A stretch of 64,000 nt of DNA, from positions 62,001 to 126,000 of the forward strand of contig CBFFRQ010000032.1 of the NCBI GenBank assembly GCA_965644315.1, read 5' to 3'. This document shows positions 35,991 through 46,900 of the stretch, piece after piece. Every line of letters starts with the position of its first letter. Within the stretch, counting starts at the first letter, position 1. Origin of the DNA: Caecitellus pseudoparvulus. Taxonomy: Eukaryota > Protista > Bigyra: Bicosoecida. The notes below the pieces were generated by a model that ran no database searches, was not told the DNA's origin, and saw only the letters and a list, made by a program, of their open reading frames with translations. Both the position numbers and the translations under genes were made by a program.

Positions 35991-37379
35991 ATGGCTGCCA
36001 GCGAAGCTGCGCCCCCGCGCAGCATCCCCTCCATCAAGTCTTCTGTGGTGCGCCCTGATATCATCGTCTGCGACAATGGCACTGGGTACTTGAAGGCAGG
36101 TTTCGCCGGCGAAGAGCTGCCTCGGTTGACATGCCCCAGCATGGTGGGGCGCCCCATGCTGCGAGCGGACGAAGACCTCATCGAAGGGGTGGAGCTGAAG
36201 GTGAGTCAGTGCCCTATTGTATATATGGGCTGAGGTGTACCTGCTTGGGTGGGCAATCCGCACGGCTCGGCGCGCGCTGGCCTTGACGCCTTGGCTGTGC
36301 GTCTGGCGTGCTGGTCAATTCCCGCTGCTGCTTCGCTGCCTCAGGATGTCATGTTTGGAGACGAGGCAGCAGCTGCTCGCCAGGCGCTGGACATCAAGTA
36401 CCCCGTGGAGAACGGCATCATCAAGAACTGGGACGACATGGAGCTCATGTGGGACTACACCTTCTTCGACAAGCTGGGCCAGGAGCGCGGCGCCCTGGGC
36501 GACAAGCGCATCATGCTGACAGAGGCGGCCATGAACCCCAAGGCCAACCGTGAGCGCATGGTGGAGGTGATGGTGGAGAAGTACGGCTTCAACGCAGTGC
36601 AGGTTGCGACGCAGGCCATGCTGGTGCTGTACGCGCAGGGCACGACGACAGGCGTGGTGGTGGACTCCGGCGACGGTGTCACGCACGTCGTGGCGGTGTA
36701 CGAAGGCTTCGTGCCCCAGCACCTCGTCCGCCGCCTGGACGTCGCGGGGCGTCACTTGACAGACTACTTCATCAAGCTCCTGCTGCTGCGGGGGTATGCC
36801 TTCAACTCCAGCGCAGACTTCCACACTGTGCAGAGCATCAAGGAGAAGCACTGCTTCGTCGCGTACGACACGAAGCAGGAGCGGGAACTGGCTGCCGACA
36901 CGACCGTGCTGATGGAGAAGTACACCCTGCCTGACGGACGTGAGATCAGCATCGGCCAGGAGCGCTTCGAGGCGCCTGAGGCGCTGTTCAACCCTGGCTT
37001 GCTGGACCTGGAGAGCAAGGGGGTGGCGGACATGGTGTTTGACTGCATCAACAAGGCAGACATGGACATCCGTTCGTCGCTGTATGGGCGCATCGTGCTG
37101 TCTGGCGGCAGCACCATGTTCCCCGGCTTCCCTTCCCGCCTGGAAAAGGACTTGAAGGCGCTGTACAAGAAGCACGTGCGTGACGGCAGCGACGCGCCCA
37201 CGAGCAAGGTGAAGATTAAGGTGGAGGCGCCCCCTCGCCGCAAGCACATGGTGTTCTTGGGCGCCTCTGTCCTGGCCTCCACCACCGCGGAAATGCCGGC
37301 GGTGTGGGCTTCCAAGGCCGCCATCGAAGAGGAGGGAGTGGAGCGCGTCCTGGCATCCCTGGGGGGTGCAGTGCGCTAG
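35991..37379 (+). CDS. ARP2: Actin-related protein 2; join(35991..36200,36345..37379)
   Basis: [15 protein letters not shown] plus the Arp2-diagnostic [15 protein letters not shown] and PPRRKHMVF motifs. 144-nt GTGAGT..CCTCAG intron. Confidence 0.96.
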
Positions 37380-37560
37380 GTGGCAGGCGGAGGGTGAAGG
37401 GAGCCCTCAGAATGCATGCGCAGTGATGGAGGCCACTGGGCCGGCCGAGGTCTTGGAGCTGGCCGCTGCAGCCAAGCGCCAAAACCAAAACACTGGACCA
37501 TCAGGCGCCTGCCTTGGCGACGCGAGCTTGGCTGCACGAGGAGTTGCATGCGAGGCCGCC

Positions 37561-38691
37561 ATGGCGACTCGCGACTTGACCACCCGCTTCCTGCGGTGCC
37601 GGTCCAGCACTGCTACCAAGCGCCCACGGGATGCCAGCCAAACCGGCGCAGCGCTGCTGGGAGGCGGAAGTGCCGCTGAGGAGTCCCAGTGGGCTACAGG
37701 CTCCCTGGCTGGCATGCACCCGCAGTATGTTGACTTGATGGATGACGTGAATGCCGACATCGCCGGCATCAAGAGCCGCGGTGCGTGGGCGTGTTGGGCG
37801 TTGCAGGGAAGCGGCGAAACGCTGACCTGCACGGGGCCCCCCACACCCTGCGCGCGCAGTGGCTGACCTTGTGGAGCTGCATAATGATAGGCTAAAAGTG
37901 CAGTTTGATGAGAAGCAGGTGCGTGCTGGTGTCAGACAGCTGGCTGTCTGTCCTGCCGTGGCCCACGCCCGCTGCCGCCCTGGTGTGCAGGAGGTGGAGA
38001 AGGACCGGGAAATCGACGTCATGACCGCCCAGGTGACCATGCTCTTCCGCAATGCCAGTACGTGCAGTGCCGCCCTGTGCGGCGACTCTTCCAAGCACGT
38101 GGTGGCCTTTGCCCCGGCACAGGCAGCAAGCTGAAGCGCATCGCCCGCAGCAGTGACCGCGGCTCGTCGGCGGACGAGCGCGTGCGGCAGAACATCCAGC
38201 GGTCCCTGGCCAAGCGCCTTCACGAGCTGAGCGGGCAGTTCAGACAAGCACAGAAGAAGTACTTGGCGGAGCTGAAGGGGCTGAAGGACGGCGGCTCCGT
38301 GGACATGCTGGGTGGCGGCGGCGGCGGCGGCGCAGCGAGCAAGGATGTGGACATGGGTTTCAGCGCTGAGCAGATCCATGCCCTGGCAGAGATGGAGGAG
38401 AGCACCGAGTGGCGGGATCAGGAAATTGCCCGCATTGCCAAGAGCGTGGAGGAGCTGGCAGTGCTGTTCAAGGACCTGGCCACGTTGGTGGTGGAGCAGG
38501 GCACAATGCTGGACCGCATCGACTACAATGTGGAGCAGGCCCTGGAGCGCAGCAAGAAGGGCGTGGAGCAGCTGGAACAGGCAGAGAAGTACCAGAAGTC
38601 TGCGCGCCCGCTCAAGTGCATGGCGGTGCTCATGGTGCTCATCATCATTATGGTCGTCATCCTCATCCTGCAGCACACCGGGAGCAAGTGA
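37561..38691 (+). CDS. STX16: Syntaxin-16/Tlg2/SYP4-type Qa-SNARE; join(37561..37780,37860..37918,37991..38057,38123..38691)
   Basis: N-peptide MATRDLTTRF. SNARE motif LFKDLATLVVEQGTMLDRIDYNVE. C-terminal TM. Three phase-compatible introns of 79, 72 and 65 nt. Confidence 0.93.
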
Positions 38692-38746
38692 ACCCACCGT
38701 GCAATGCACACTGCAGCGCTGTCATGCATTCGCTCCCACGCGGCAG

Positions 38747-41341
38747 TCACCACTGCAGGGGGGCGTCGTCCCACTCCCCCGACTTGCGCACCCACCCCAC
38801 GCTGCGGTCAGACACCGCCAGCTCCGGCATGACCCGCTTGTAAGCCCCCTCAGACAGGCCACCCTCCACCGCCGCCTCCACTGCTGCTCGCACGTCAGCC
38901 TTCTTCAGCGACACTGTGGTGCCCTGTGCGAAGCGCCCGATGACGGCATCCCGGGTGCTGGCGTCAGCGGACGCGGGGTTGGACGGCGGCGTGTACACAC
39001 GCAGGGCGTGCGTGGACGCCTCCTCTGCCACCTCGTTCCTGCCCAACAGCTCACCCAGCGGGGCTTGGGGCAGCTCTGGGTCTGGCCAAGCCTCCTCGGC
39101 CTCGGCCAGGACGTCGGCTAGCACCCCACTGCCGGCCCCACGCACAGCGGCATCCACCACGAACATCAGGGCACCTCGCGGCAACGAGAGGTACCACGCA
39201 AGGGGTGCCGCTGCGGGGGGGTCTGCAGCGGCGTGCAGAGCTGCGTCAGGCAGCACGCCCGCAGCCAGGCCACGCACAGCTGCCTTGGGCTGGGGTGGCA
39301 GCGCACCCACATCCAGCAGCTCCTGCAAACCCTGCACACGCAGACGCCCAGCAAGGTACCGCACGCTGCAGACGCGCTGCCCACGAAGAGCTCCCTCCAG
39401 TGCAATGCGCAGCGCTCCGTACAACTCCTCCGCCGTGTGATGTGCCAGGCCAAGGGCGTCAGCGGCCGCTGGGGCAGACGAGGCTGCCTCGCCCCCCGCC
39501 CCAGTGGCCGCCGGCTCAGGCTGGGAGCGCAGGAAGGCGCGCAGCGTGTCAGCCCTGCGGTGCCACCACGCAGTCTCCGCCTCCACGACACCTGGGTACG
39601 CTGCTTGCAGAGCAGGCCCAGCGGTGGCGGCCTCTGGCAGCAGGTGCCACGAGGGCGACACGTCCACCCCCGGCGACACCACAGTCGTCTCTCGTGGCGT
39701 GTACCGAGCTGAGTTCAAGTTGGGCGTCTTCACTGCAATGCCCTTCAGCATGGCGGTGAGCAGAGACGGCGGCGTGCCGGTCAAGCGGCGGAGACGGGCG
39801 ATGGAGATGCCCTGCCGCCCAGGCAGGCCTTCTTGCAGCAGCGCATGCAGGAGGCAGTCGCGGACCATGTCCACGCGGTTCAACTCGGACATGCTGACAC
39901 GGGCAATGGGCGCCAGGAGGTCCAGGCGGTGTGGCGTGTGCAGGGGCAGGGTGAAGGCGGCAGCGTCGCTGGCGCCTCGCCTGCCGCCCCCCGCCTCCAA
40001 CGCCTCAGCCCGCGCCTCCGACGCCAGTGTCTCCACCAGCACCCGAATGGCCTTGCCATCCAGCCCCAAGTCCCCTGCAAACAGACGAAGGGTGGACGGC
40101 AGGACGATCCAGTGCTGTGTGCGCAGCACAAACAGGCCGTGAATGGGCCGAGCGAAGTGAAGTGCAGCAGACACCACCTCCTCCTCCACCACACCATCAG
40201 GCAACAGGGCCAACAAGGCAGGCAGGCTGAGGGCGGTGGCTCGCTTCAACAGGATGCCCACCATGTCGTGCAAGGGCAGTCGCCGGATGAGCGGCATGGG
40301 GACTTTCCCAGGGTCGGGCAGGTTGAACGCAGCAACTGCAGAGGCGCCCGACTCCTTCTGAGCCAGCTGCGTCACAGCTGCCGAGATGCCCGGCTGTGCA
40401 CCGATGCCAGTGGCCACTTGCACGGCACTGGCCAGCGCAGAGGCCTCGTCCAGGGCGTGCCCAGGCGCACCGCTCCCCCCCTTCCCCTCCTCCCCCACCA
40501 CGGCAGCTGGCTCCCCAGTGGCCTTGATGCTGTCCACATACTCCGCCGCCGGCACGTCAGCCGGCACAGGCGTCCCTGCCCACGCTGTGCCCAGCAACTT
40601 GGTCAGGGCGGCCTTGCTGCCTGGCGCAGTGGGGGCATGCACCTCCAGCGGCACGCGCTCGTCGCACTGGCGCAATTGCTCGGCGTATGCGTGTGAGTTC
40701 TTGCGCGCTGCAGCCGCACGCTGGGTCTCCCGTCGCCGCACACGTGTCTGTGAGAAGCACGGTGGCTGCAGTGTGCGCAGGTGTGCCAGGGAGGGGGCGG
40801 GCACCGCCCAGCACTCACCTCCACCTGGGTGATGCCGCCTCCCGGCGCAGCCTTCGTCTTGTCCGCGTACAGGTTGGGCAGGCCGGAGTCCACATGCACG
40901 AGGGAGGGTCGCAGCTGGTACATGCCGTGCACTGGTGCGACGTGCAGTGCGCCTGCGGTGTGGAGCGGGTGGGTACTGTTGGGCGCGGGTTGGGCTCGAA
41001 CAGGCGCACCACAACTCACCCTGGTGCATGGTGCCCAGAACGTAGTGCGTGCGCATGGGAGCCGGGTGGCAGTCAAAGGGCAACATTGACAGTCGGTTCC
41101 ACTCCTCTGCATCAGCATCGTAGTTCTTCGAGCGCTTGTCCAGCTCGTACTCCACAGTCAGCGTTTCGTTTGCCTCACGAAACTCCGCCGATGCAGGTGT
41201 CGCAAGGGGGGTCGCTGCGCTGCGCAAGTGCTGCTGAAGGATATAAACCTGTTGCAGCAACTCTGTCGACAGCACAACGGGCACCTCGTGCACGACTGGA
41301 TCGACGGCCTCTCCACCTGGCGTGCTATGGTGCGACGCCAT
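38747..41341 (-). CDS. POLR3E: RNA polymerase III subunit RPC5/C37 (Sin-like); complement(join(38747..40747,40819..40952,41020..41341))
   Basis: DPVVHEVPVVLS..VYILQ and YVLG..G.LHVAPVHGMYQLRPSL.H.D are Sin_N motifs. The second is restored only after removing the 67- and 71-nt GTGAGT..CAG introns. Confidence 0.85.
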   Translation of the reverse strand: MASHHSTPGGEAVDPVVHEVPVVLSTELLQQVYILQQHLRSAATPLATPASAEFREANETLTVEYELDKRSKNYDADAEEWNRLSMLPFDCHPAPMRTHYVLGTMHQGELWCACSSPTRAQQYPPAPHRRRTARRTSARHVPAATLPRACGLRPAQPVRGQDEGCAGRRHHPGGGECWAVPAPSLAHLRTLQPPCFSQTRVRRRETQRAAAARKNSHAYAEQLRQCDERVPLEVHAPTAPGSKAALTKLLGTAWAGTPVPADVPAAEYVDSIKATGEPAAVVGEEGKGGSGAPGHALDEASALASAVQVATGIGAQPGISAAVTQLAQKESGASAVAAFNLPDPGKVPMPLIRRLPLHDMVGILLKRATALSLPALLALLPDGVVEEEVVSAALHFARPIHGLFVLRTQHWIVLPSTLRLFAGDLGLDGKAIRVLVETLASEARAEALEAGGGRRGASDAAAFTLPLHTPHRLDLLAPIARVSMSELNRVDMVRDCLLHALLQEGLPGRQGISIARLRRLTGTPPSLLTAMLKGIAVKTPNLNSARYTPRETTVVSPGVDVSPSWHLLPEAATAGPALQAAYPGVVEAETAWWHRRADTLRAFLRSQPEPAATGAGGEAASSAPAAADALGLAHHTAEELYGALRIALEGALRGQRVCSVRYLAGRLRVQGLQELLDVGALPPQPKAAVRGLAAGVLPDAALHAAADPPAAAPLAWYLSLPRGALMFVVDAAVRGAGSGVLADVLAEAEEAWPDPELPQAPLGELLGRNEVAEEASTHALRVYTPPSNPASADASTRDAVIGRFAQGTTVSLKKADVRAAVEAAVEGGLSEGAYKRVMPELAVSDRSVGWVRKSGEWDDAPLQW

Positions 41342-41547
41342 GCTGCGGCAGCTCAGCCGAATGCTCGCCCAGTGCACTGGCCTGTGCAAAACCCAACACC
41401 GTGCAGAATGTGGGACCGCTCTTGTCGCGCGCAGGGTGTGAATTTGATCACATCAACTCGTCGGCCGCAGAGGCCGGACTGGGTACAGGTGGATAGTGCT
41501 TGCCCCTCGTCGCAGCGTGCACTGCCAAAGCTGTGCCGAACCAGCTC

Positions 41548-43700
41548 ATGGCTGAAGGCGACGTGCAAGCCACAGCACAGGCGCTGCGCGCGGTGCTTGA
41601 ACTGCCTGCTGGCATTGAGCGCGTGCTGCATCGGCCGCCCTTCCGCTTCCTGCTGGATGTGGTGAAGGGGCTGCTCGCTGCAGGGTGCTTCCCGACGGAC
41701 TTGTTCACGGCTGAGGAACTGGACGAGACCAGGTACAAGGTCAAATCGCCTCCTGGCGCGTCCAAGTCTCGAAAAATAGCCTTTGTGGCCAAGCTGGTGG
41801 GACTGCTGTCTGCTGCAGGAGTGGAGGTCTGCGCTGTGCCAGCCAACGTTGTGGCTGGTAAGGCTGTGGCAGACACTCTGCAGCTTGTGCGGGTAAGTGG
41901 GGCGTGTGAAAGGGTCCTATTAGTATGCGCCTATCTTCACGCCGCTGCTTCCTGCGACACTTACAGAGCCTTGTGCGATTGGGGACTGAAGCAGAGCTAC
42001 AAGCGACGGCGAAACGCGCTCGAAACGGCACCCAGCGCCCGAGCACACCAGATCACTCAAGCAGCGTCCCAGCCTTGGACATGCGCCAAGTGGGTGAACA
42101 GACTCCACTTTCGCGTTCTGGTCTGCCAAGCAGGGCTGCTTCAGCCCGCCTCTCTGCGCACTCCTCGCCTCGCTCACCTGCTCGGGCAGACGCTGTCACC
42201 GCCTCGGACTCTGCTCGAGCCCTGTCCCTGCTCGGCCTGGACGCGACTGCGGGCCCACAACGTGCAGCAGAGCGTCCAGATCGAGTGTCTGTCTCCACCA
42301 TGGCCAAGAGCCTGCTTGGCATTCCTCAGTCTGGTCCTGGGGAAAGCAGTCAGCCGCCTCCACGCACGAGGCCCAGCACAGCCTCGGCACGCCCCACCCC
42401 TGCAACCCGTCACGAAACCACCCACCGCCCACAATCTGCACGCGCTGCACGCCAGAATGCAGTGCAGGGCGCTACAGGGTGGAGGCCTGGGCGCCGCAGG
42501 CCCCAGTCGGCAGCTGGCCAGCGCAGCACCAGCTCTCTCCTGCAGCAGCACGCCTCAGCCTGGGCAACATCAGCATCCGCTCACCGCCTGGGCACGACAC
42601 ATGTGGCAGGGGGGGTGGGCGGGGGCACCAGTACGCTAGCAGCTATCCTTGCCTCCAAGCCCCCTGCGTTGCGCACGAGTGACTCACACCAACGCAAGGC
42701 GGCCAGGGCAACCCTTGGCGCCCCTGACCTCGCACAGCCGAGCGTGGACGTGGATGCCCTGAGGCTGGCCTGCGAGCGGGGTGATGTCAAGGCGTGCCGT
42801 GCCAGTCTGTGGGGTGTGCCGGGGGACGGCGACCGGAGCAGCCTGGAGGGTCAGCGGGGACACTCAAACACACGGCGTCGACTGGCGGTGCAGGACACGT
42901 TGCGCAGTGACGCCTGTCGGGGCCTGGGTGGGTACACTCCTCTGCATTATGCTGCCCGTGCGCACAGCCCAGGCTGCATTTCCGCCCTGCTTGCAGCCGG
43001 TGCCACGGCGACTGACGCAGGCGTAGATCGGGTGCAACCACTGCATTTGGCATGCATACTGGGTTCGGGGGTGTCGCCAAAGGCAGCTGCAGCGTCGGTG
43101 CGCCTGCTGCTTGCCGCTGGTGCCGCGGTGAACGCTCAGGATGACACGGGGGAAACGCCCCTGCACGTCGCCGCTCGCACCGGCCACCGCGCCGCCGTCA
43201 CAGCCTTGTTATCTGCTGGTGCCTCCCTGCACGTCGTGGACCGCCTTGGCGATGCACCCTGGGAAGTGGCCTCCACAGCCGCACTGGCCACTGCTCTGAG
43301 GCCGGGCCAAGCCAGACCAAGCCATGCAGCGCCTCAGCGCAGCCTGTCCCTGCCGCAACTGCCACGCCCTGCACTGCACAAGGTGTGCAAGCTGGCAGGT
43401 GCAGATGTCCTGGCGCTTGCTTGCACGTCTGGTGTGTTGGCGTGGGTGGCAGAAGAGTCGGGGGCGCTTGCTGCGCGGCGAGGGGCGGCAGAGCGCAAAC
43501 CTGCAGTGGAGCGCGCCACGCCGCTTGTTCGAGGCTTGCGTCGGCCGTCTTCCAGCCGCACCCTATCCGCGGCTTCATCAGCAGGCTCTCTTGACCATGC
43601 GCCGGGCACTGCCGTGTTTCTGGCTGATGCAGGCATGTCCAGAGTCCACCAGCTGCTGCTGAAGGGGGGGGCATCCACCACCGGCAGGGGGCAGACCTAG
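41548..43700 (+). CDS. IFT54/TRAF3IP1-type CH domain + low-complexity linker + ankyrin repeats + C-terminal F-box-like motif; join(41548..41892,41967..43700)
   Basis: VLHRPPFRFLLDVV..LFTAEEL..KIAFVAKLV..PANVVAGK.V..T.QL matches the IFT54 N-terminus. Ankyrin motifs GYTPLHYAA, QPLHLAC, GETPLHVAA. LPQLPRPALHKVCKL..DVLALACTS is F-box-like. 74-nt GTAAGT..TTACAG intron. Confidence 0.8.
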
Positions 43701-43929
43701 CGCGGACAGAGCAGGGCTGCTTCGGGAAAAATTTAAGTCAAGGCACTCTTAACATGCCAACACCTATACTGTGAGGCTCCTCGTGCCTGATCACCCCCGG
43801 GCTTTGCCCGCTTCGCTCCAAGCAACGCAGCGAGGTTGAGGCCAGTGTCCTCACTCCAGCTCTGGTTTGCGCTGCGGCAGCACAATGCTGCCGCACGAAC
43901 GCTCGTAAAGCTCCCCAAGCGTTACGACA

Positions 43930-46900
43930 ATGCAGATTTTGTCTGCTCTTTCGCTGCTTTTGCTCGTTGCTCAGCATCTCGCAACGATAGGGGGGCACCC
44001 TCTAGGCGCGTTTCCCAGCGTTTCTGGCGGGCACACGCAGTGGCACCTCACTTGCACTTGCCGCTGCTCGTGCAGGCATCCACACCTGTGTCGCAGCACC
44101 AGGCCACTCGATCTTCGGAGGAGATGCTCGCAGCACAGACTCGCACGTGGTCTTGCAGCATGCATCGACTGGCATTGCAGCGTCTGAGTACACAGCAGGC
44201 GCTGCGTACACCGTGAGAGTTGAGACGCGGCGACCTCGCTGGCAGTTCCGCGGCTTCCTGGTGAATGCCTTTGCAGGTGCGTCGCAAGTTTTACACGGCT
44301 GATGCTTGCCGCACCCTGCAGCCCTCTCGACCTCCGCCCACATGCAGGCGCCACCTTTGACCCAGAGGCAGACCCAACTCTGGGCTCCTTCAGCGGCCCC
44401 TTCATTGATGCACAGCTTCAGGCAAGCTGCGGTGGAGTCACACACAACCGTACGATGCGCAGGCACCGTTGGTCCAGTGCTGCCGCGCCATGCTCACCTC
44501 ACACGCCTCCTGCGCGCAGACGCTGGGCTGTCCTCACTGCGGAGCTTCTCGTGGACGGCGCCGGAGACTGGCGCTGGGCCGGTCTCCTTCTTCGTCATCC
44601 TGGCAGCAGGCGGGGGCGACAGCGACCCCTACTACACTGGAGTGTTCACCTTCCACGAAGACGGGCTGGCTCCTGGCACGGCCGCCTCCCCAAGCCCCAG
44701 CCCTCCTGCATCACTCTGCGCCGGCAAGACCATTTTTCCTGGGGACATGGCCTTGTGGCTCCCCTTGGACGATGATGCCGGGAGCACGTCAGCGGTGGAC
44801 ACGAGCTCCAATGGGCGCCATGCAAGCGTGGAGTTCGAAGTGGACCCCAAAGAGGTGCACTGGCGGCGAGACGAGTGGGCCATTGGCCCAGGAAGCTGGT
44901 TCAGTGGCGCTGGCACAAGCGGAACAGGCGCTCAGCTGCGGGTTCCGCACGCGGCAGCCTTCAACACGCTGGAGCTGACCGTGAACATGTGGGCGATGCC
45001 ACTTGATGACAGCGAGAGCTTTGTCGTGCTGACGTCTTGGGACCATGCTTCGAAGACAGGGTGGTATGTGTATCGCCGGGGGGGGGGAGGGGGCGTAGCG
45101 CCCACGTGGGGACTGGCGCTCGGCCGCGGACTGCTGGAAGCTCCACTGTTCATCGAAGGTCCTCAGACGGAGCCTAGCGACGTGTTCAGCATGTGGACCT
45201 TCATGGTGTTTGCAGACACAACCTTTGATGAAACGTACGGCATCCTCCTTGAAAACAACGTCATTGCGTTCACTTTCTTTGAGCCAAGCGCCTGGACCAA
45301 TGTCAACCCTTCTGCAGCGCTGTTCGTGACACCCTCCCTAGCTTCCACACCGCTGCAGGTGGGCAGTGCAGGGCCCTCCACCAACACGTCCTTCACGGGG
45401 TATGTGGACGACATTTCTATCTTTGGGCGAGCTCTTGACAATGCGGAGCTGCTGGCATTGCTGCACCGTGGATCAGCGAGCAGGCGGGCAGCATTGACTT
45501 GCGATCCCAGGGCTTCGCCAAGCGTCACCCCCAGCGCCCACCCAAGTCCCACGCCCACCTTAGTCAGGACGACCGCGACGGCAACGATGTCTGCCCGAGT
45601 GACCCCCACCAGCACGGAGTCTCCAGCTAGCACTGTGAGCCCCAGGCCCACTCTGACTCCGACACGAAGCCCGCTGGAAACGCCCACTCGCACTTCAACA
45701 GCCTCACACTCTCCAGCTGTCACGCCGTCTGAGACGGCCTCTGCCTTGCCGAGCCCGTCCACGTCGCCCTCGCCTTCCGCCAGCGCACTGCCGACACGGG
45801 CACCAGATGAGACGCCGTACGCCACAGTGACGCAGTCTCCCTCAGCGCCGAACACCCCCAGTCCCTCCGCCACGACTTCTGCCACAGGCTCTGCGAGCAG
45901 GACAGCTGCCGCCTCTAGAACTCCCAGTCGCACTGCCTTGCCGTCAGTGTCGGCTTCTCGAACAGCTCGTCCCACCCGCACTGCCTCACGCACGCCCATT
46001 TCAACTCCCTCCGCCTCGTGGTCGGCAGCCCCTACGTCGTCTGCCACACACACGCCTACCTGCAGCCTCACTGCCTCGCGCACTGCCACACCCTCCAGTT
46101 CACCCACCCCCTCAAGCACTGTATCTGCGTCAGCATCAGAAAGCCCGAGTGTCACGGCTGCATCAACCACGTCCACTTCCCCAACACCCTCTGCAACTAC
46201 AAGTGCGACAGCGTCTGCCACGTCGTCTGCAACTGGAAGTTCGTCCGCATTGCCATCTGCAACAGGGACGCCCTCCTCATCATCGACAGCCACTGCCAGT
46301 GTGACGCGTTCAGGAACTGCGCCTCCGAGCACATCCAGCTCAGCAGCACTGACACCGACCCCAAGTCTGTCCACCGGGGCTTCTCCGTCTGCCTCACCTG
46401 AGCCGTCTACCTCCTCAAAACCGACAACCTCTCCCACGCCAAGTGCCACTCCTTCGTCGACGCCAACCGAGCAGAGCGCAACGCCCTCAAAGTCGGGCAC
46501 GCCGTCCACGTCTGTGACGGAGTCGAACTCTGCATCCGTGACACCCTTGCCGTCAGCGTCTGCCAGCGCCTCAACAAGCGCAACACGGACTGCTTCGGCC
46601 AGCTTCTCTGCATCTCGCTCAGTCACGACACCCACGACAATGAGAAGCAACCCACGAACCATGAGCGTCCGCTCTACCCCGATGCTCTCAAGCCTCCCCT
46701 CTGTGACTGCATCTGCGACAGCTCGCGCGACTGGCACGCCGTCCAAGACTCCCACGCCCTCCCTGACTGCGCGCCCCACCACATCCCCGACGAACACTCC
46801 CAGCGTGTCGCCAACACCCAGCTTCTCTCCTGGCTATGTCGCGCTGCTGGCACTGTGGGCGGAGGGAAATCGGACAGCCGCCATGTCACCAACACCTCGC

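Noticed and set aside
36201-36344. Double-length introns (144, 150, 133 nt) as nested introns or snoRNA hosts
   Set aside because: I saw no convincing internal acceptor/donor pair or C/D or H/ACA boxes, and ARP2 is complete without a micro-exon.
35991-37379. Conventional actin
   Set aside because: It carries Arp2-specific motifs (LYAQG, RGYAFN, RRKHMVF) instead of actin's LYASG, RGYSF and ERKYSVW.
41548-43700. Calling this gene IFT54/TRAF3IP1
   Set aside because: Only the N-terminal CH domain matches; the C-terminal coiled coil is replaced by ankyrin repeats.
45163-46797. 544-aa Val/Gly/Glu/Asp antisense ORF (and the similar 51379..51981)
   Set aside because: These are reverse-complement shadows of Ser/Thr/Pro mucin codons.
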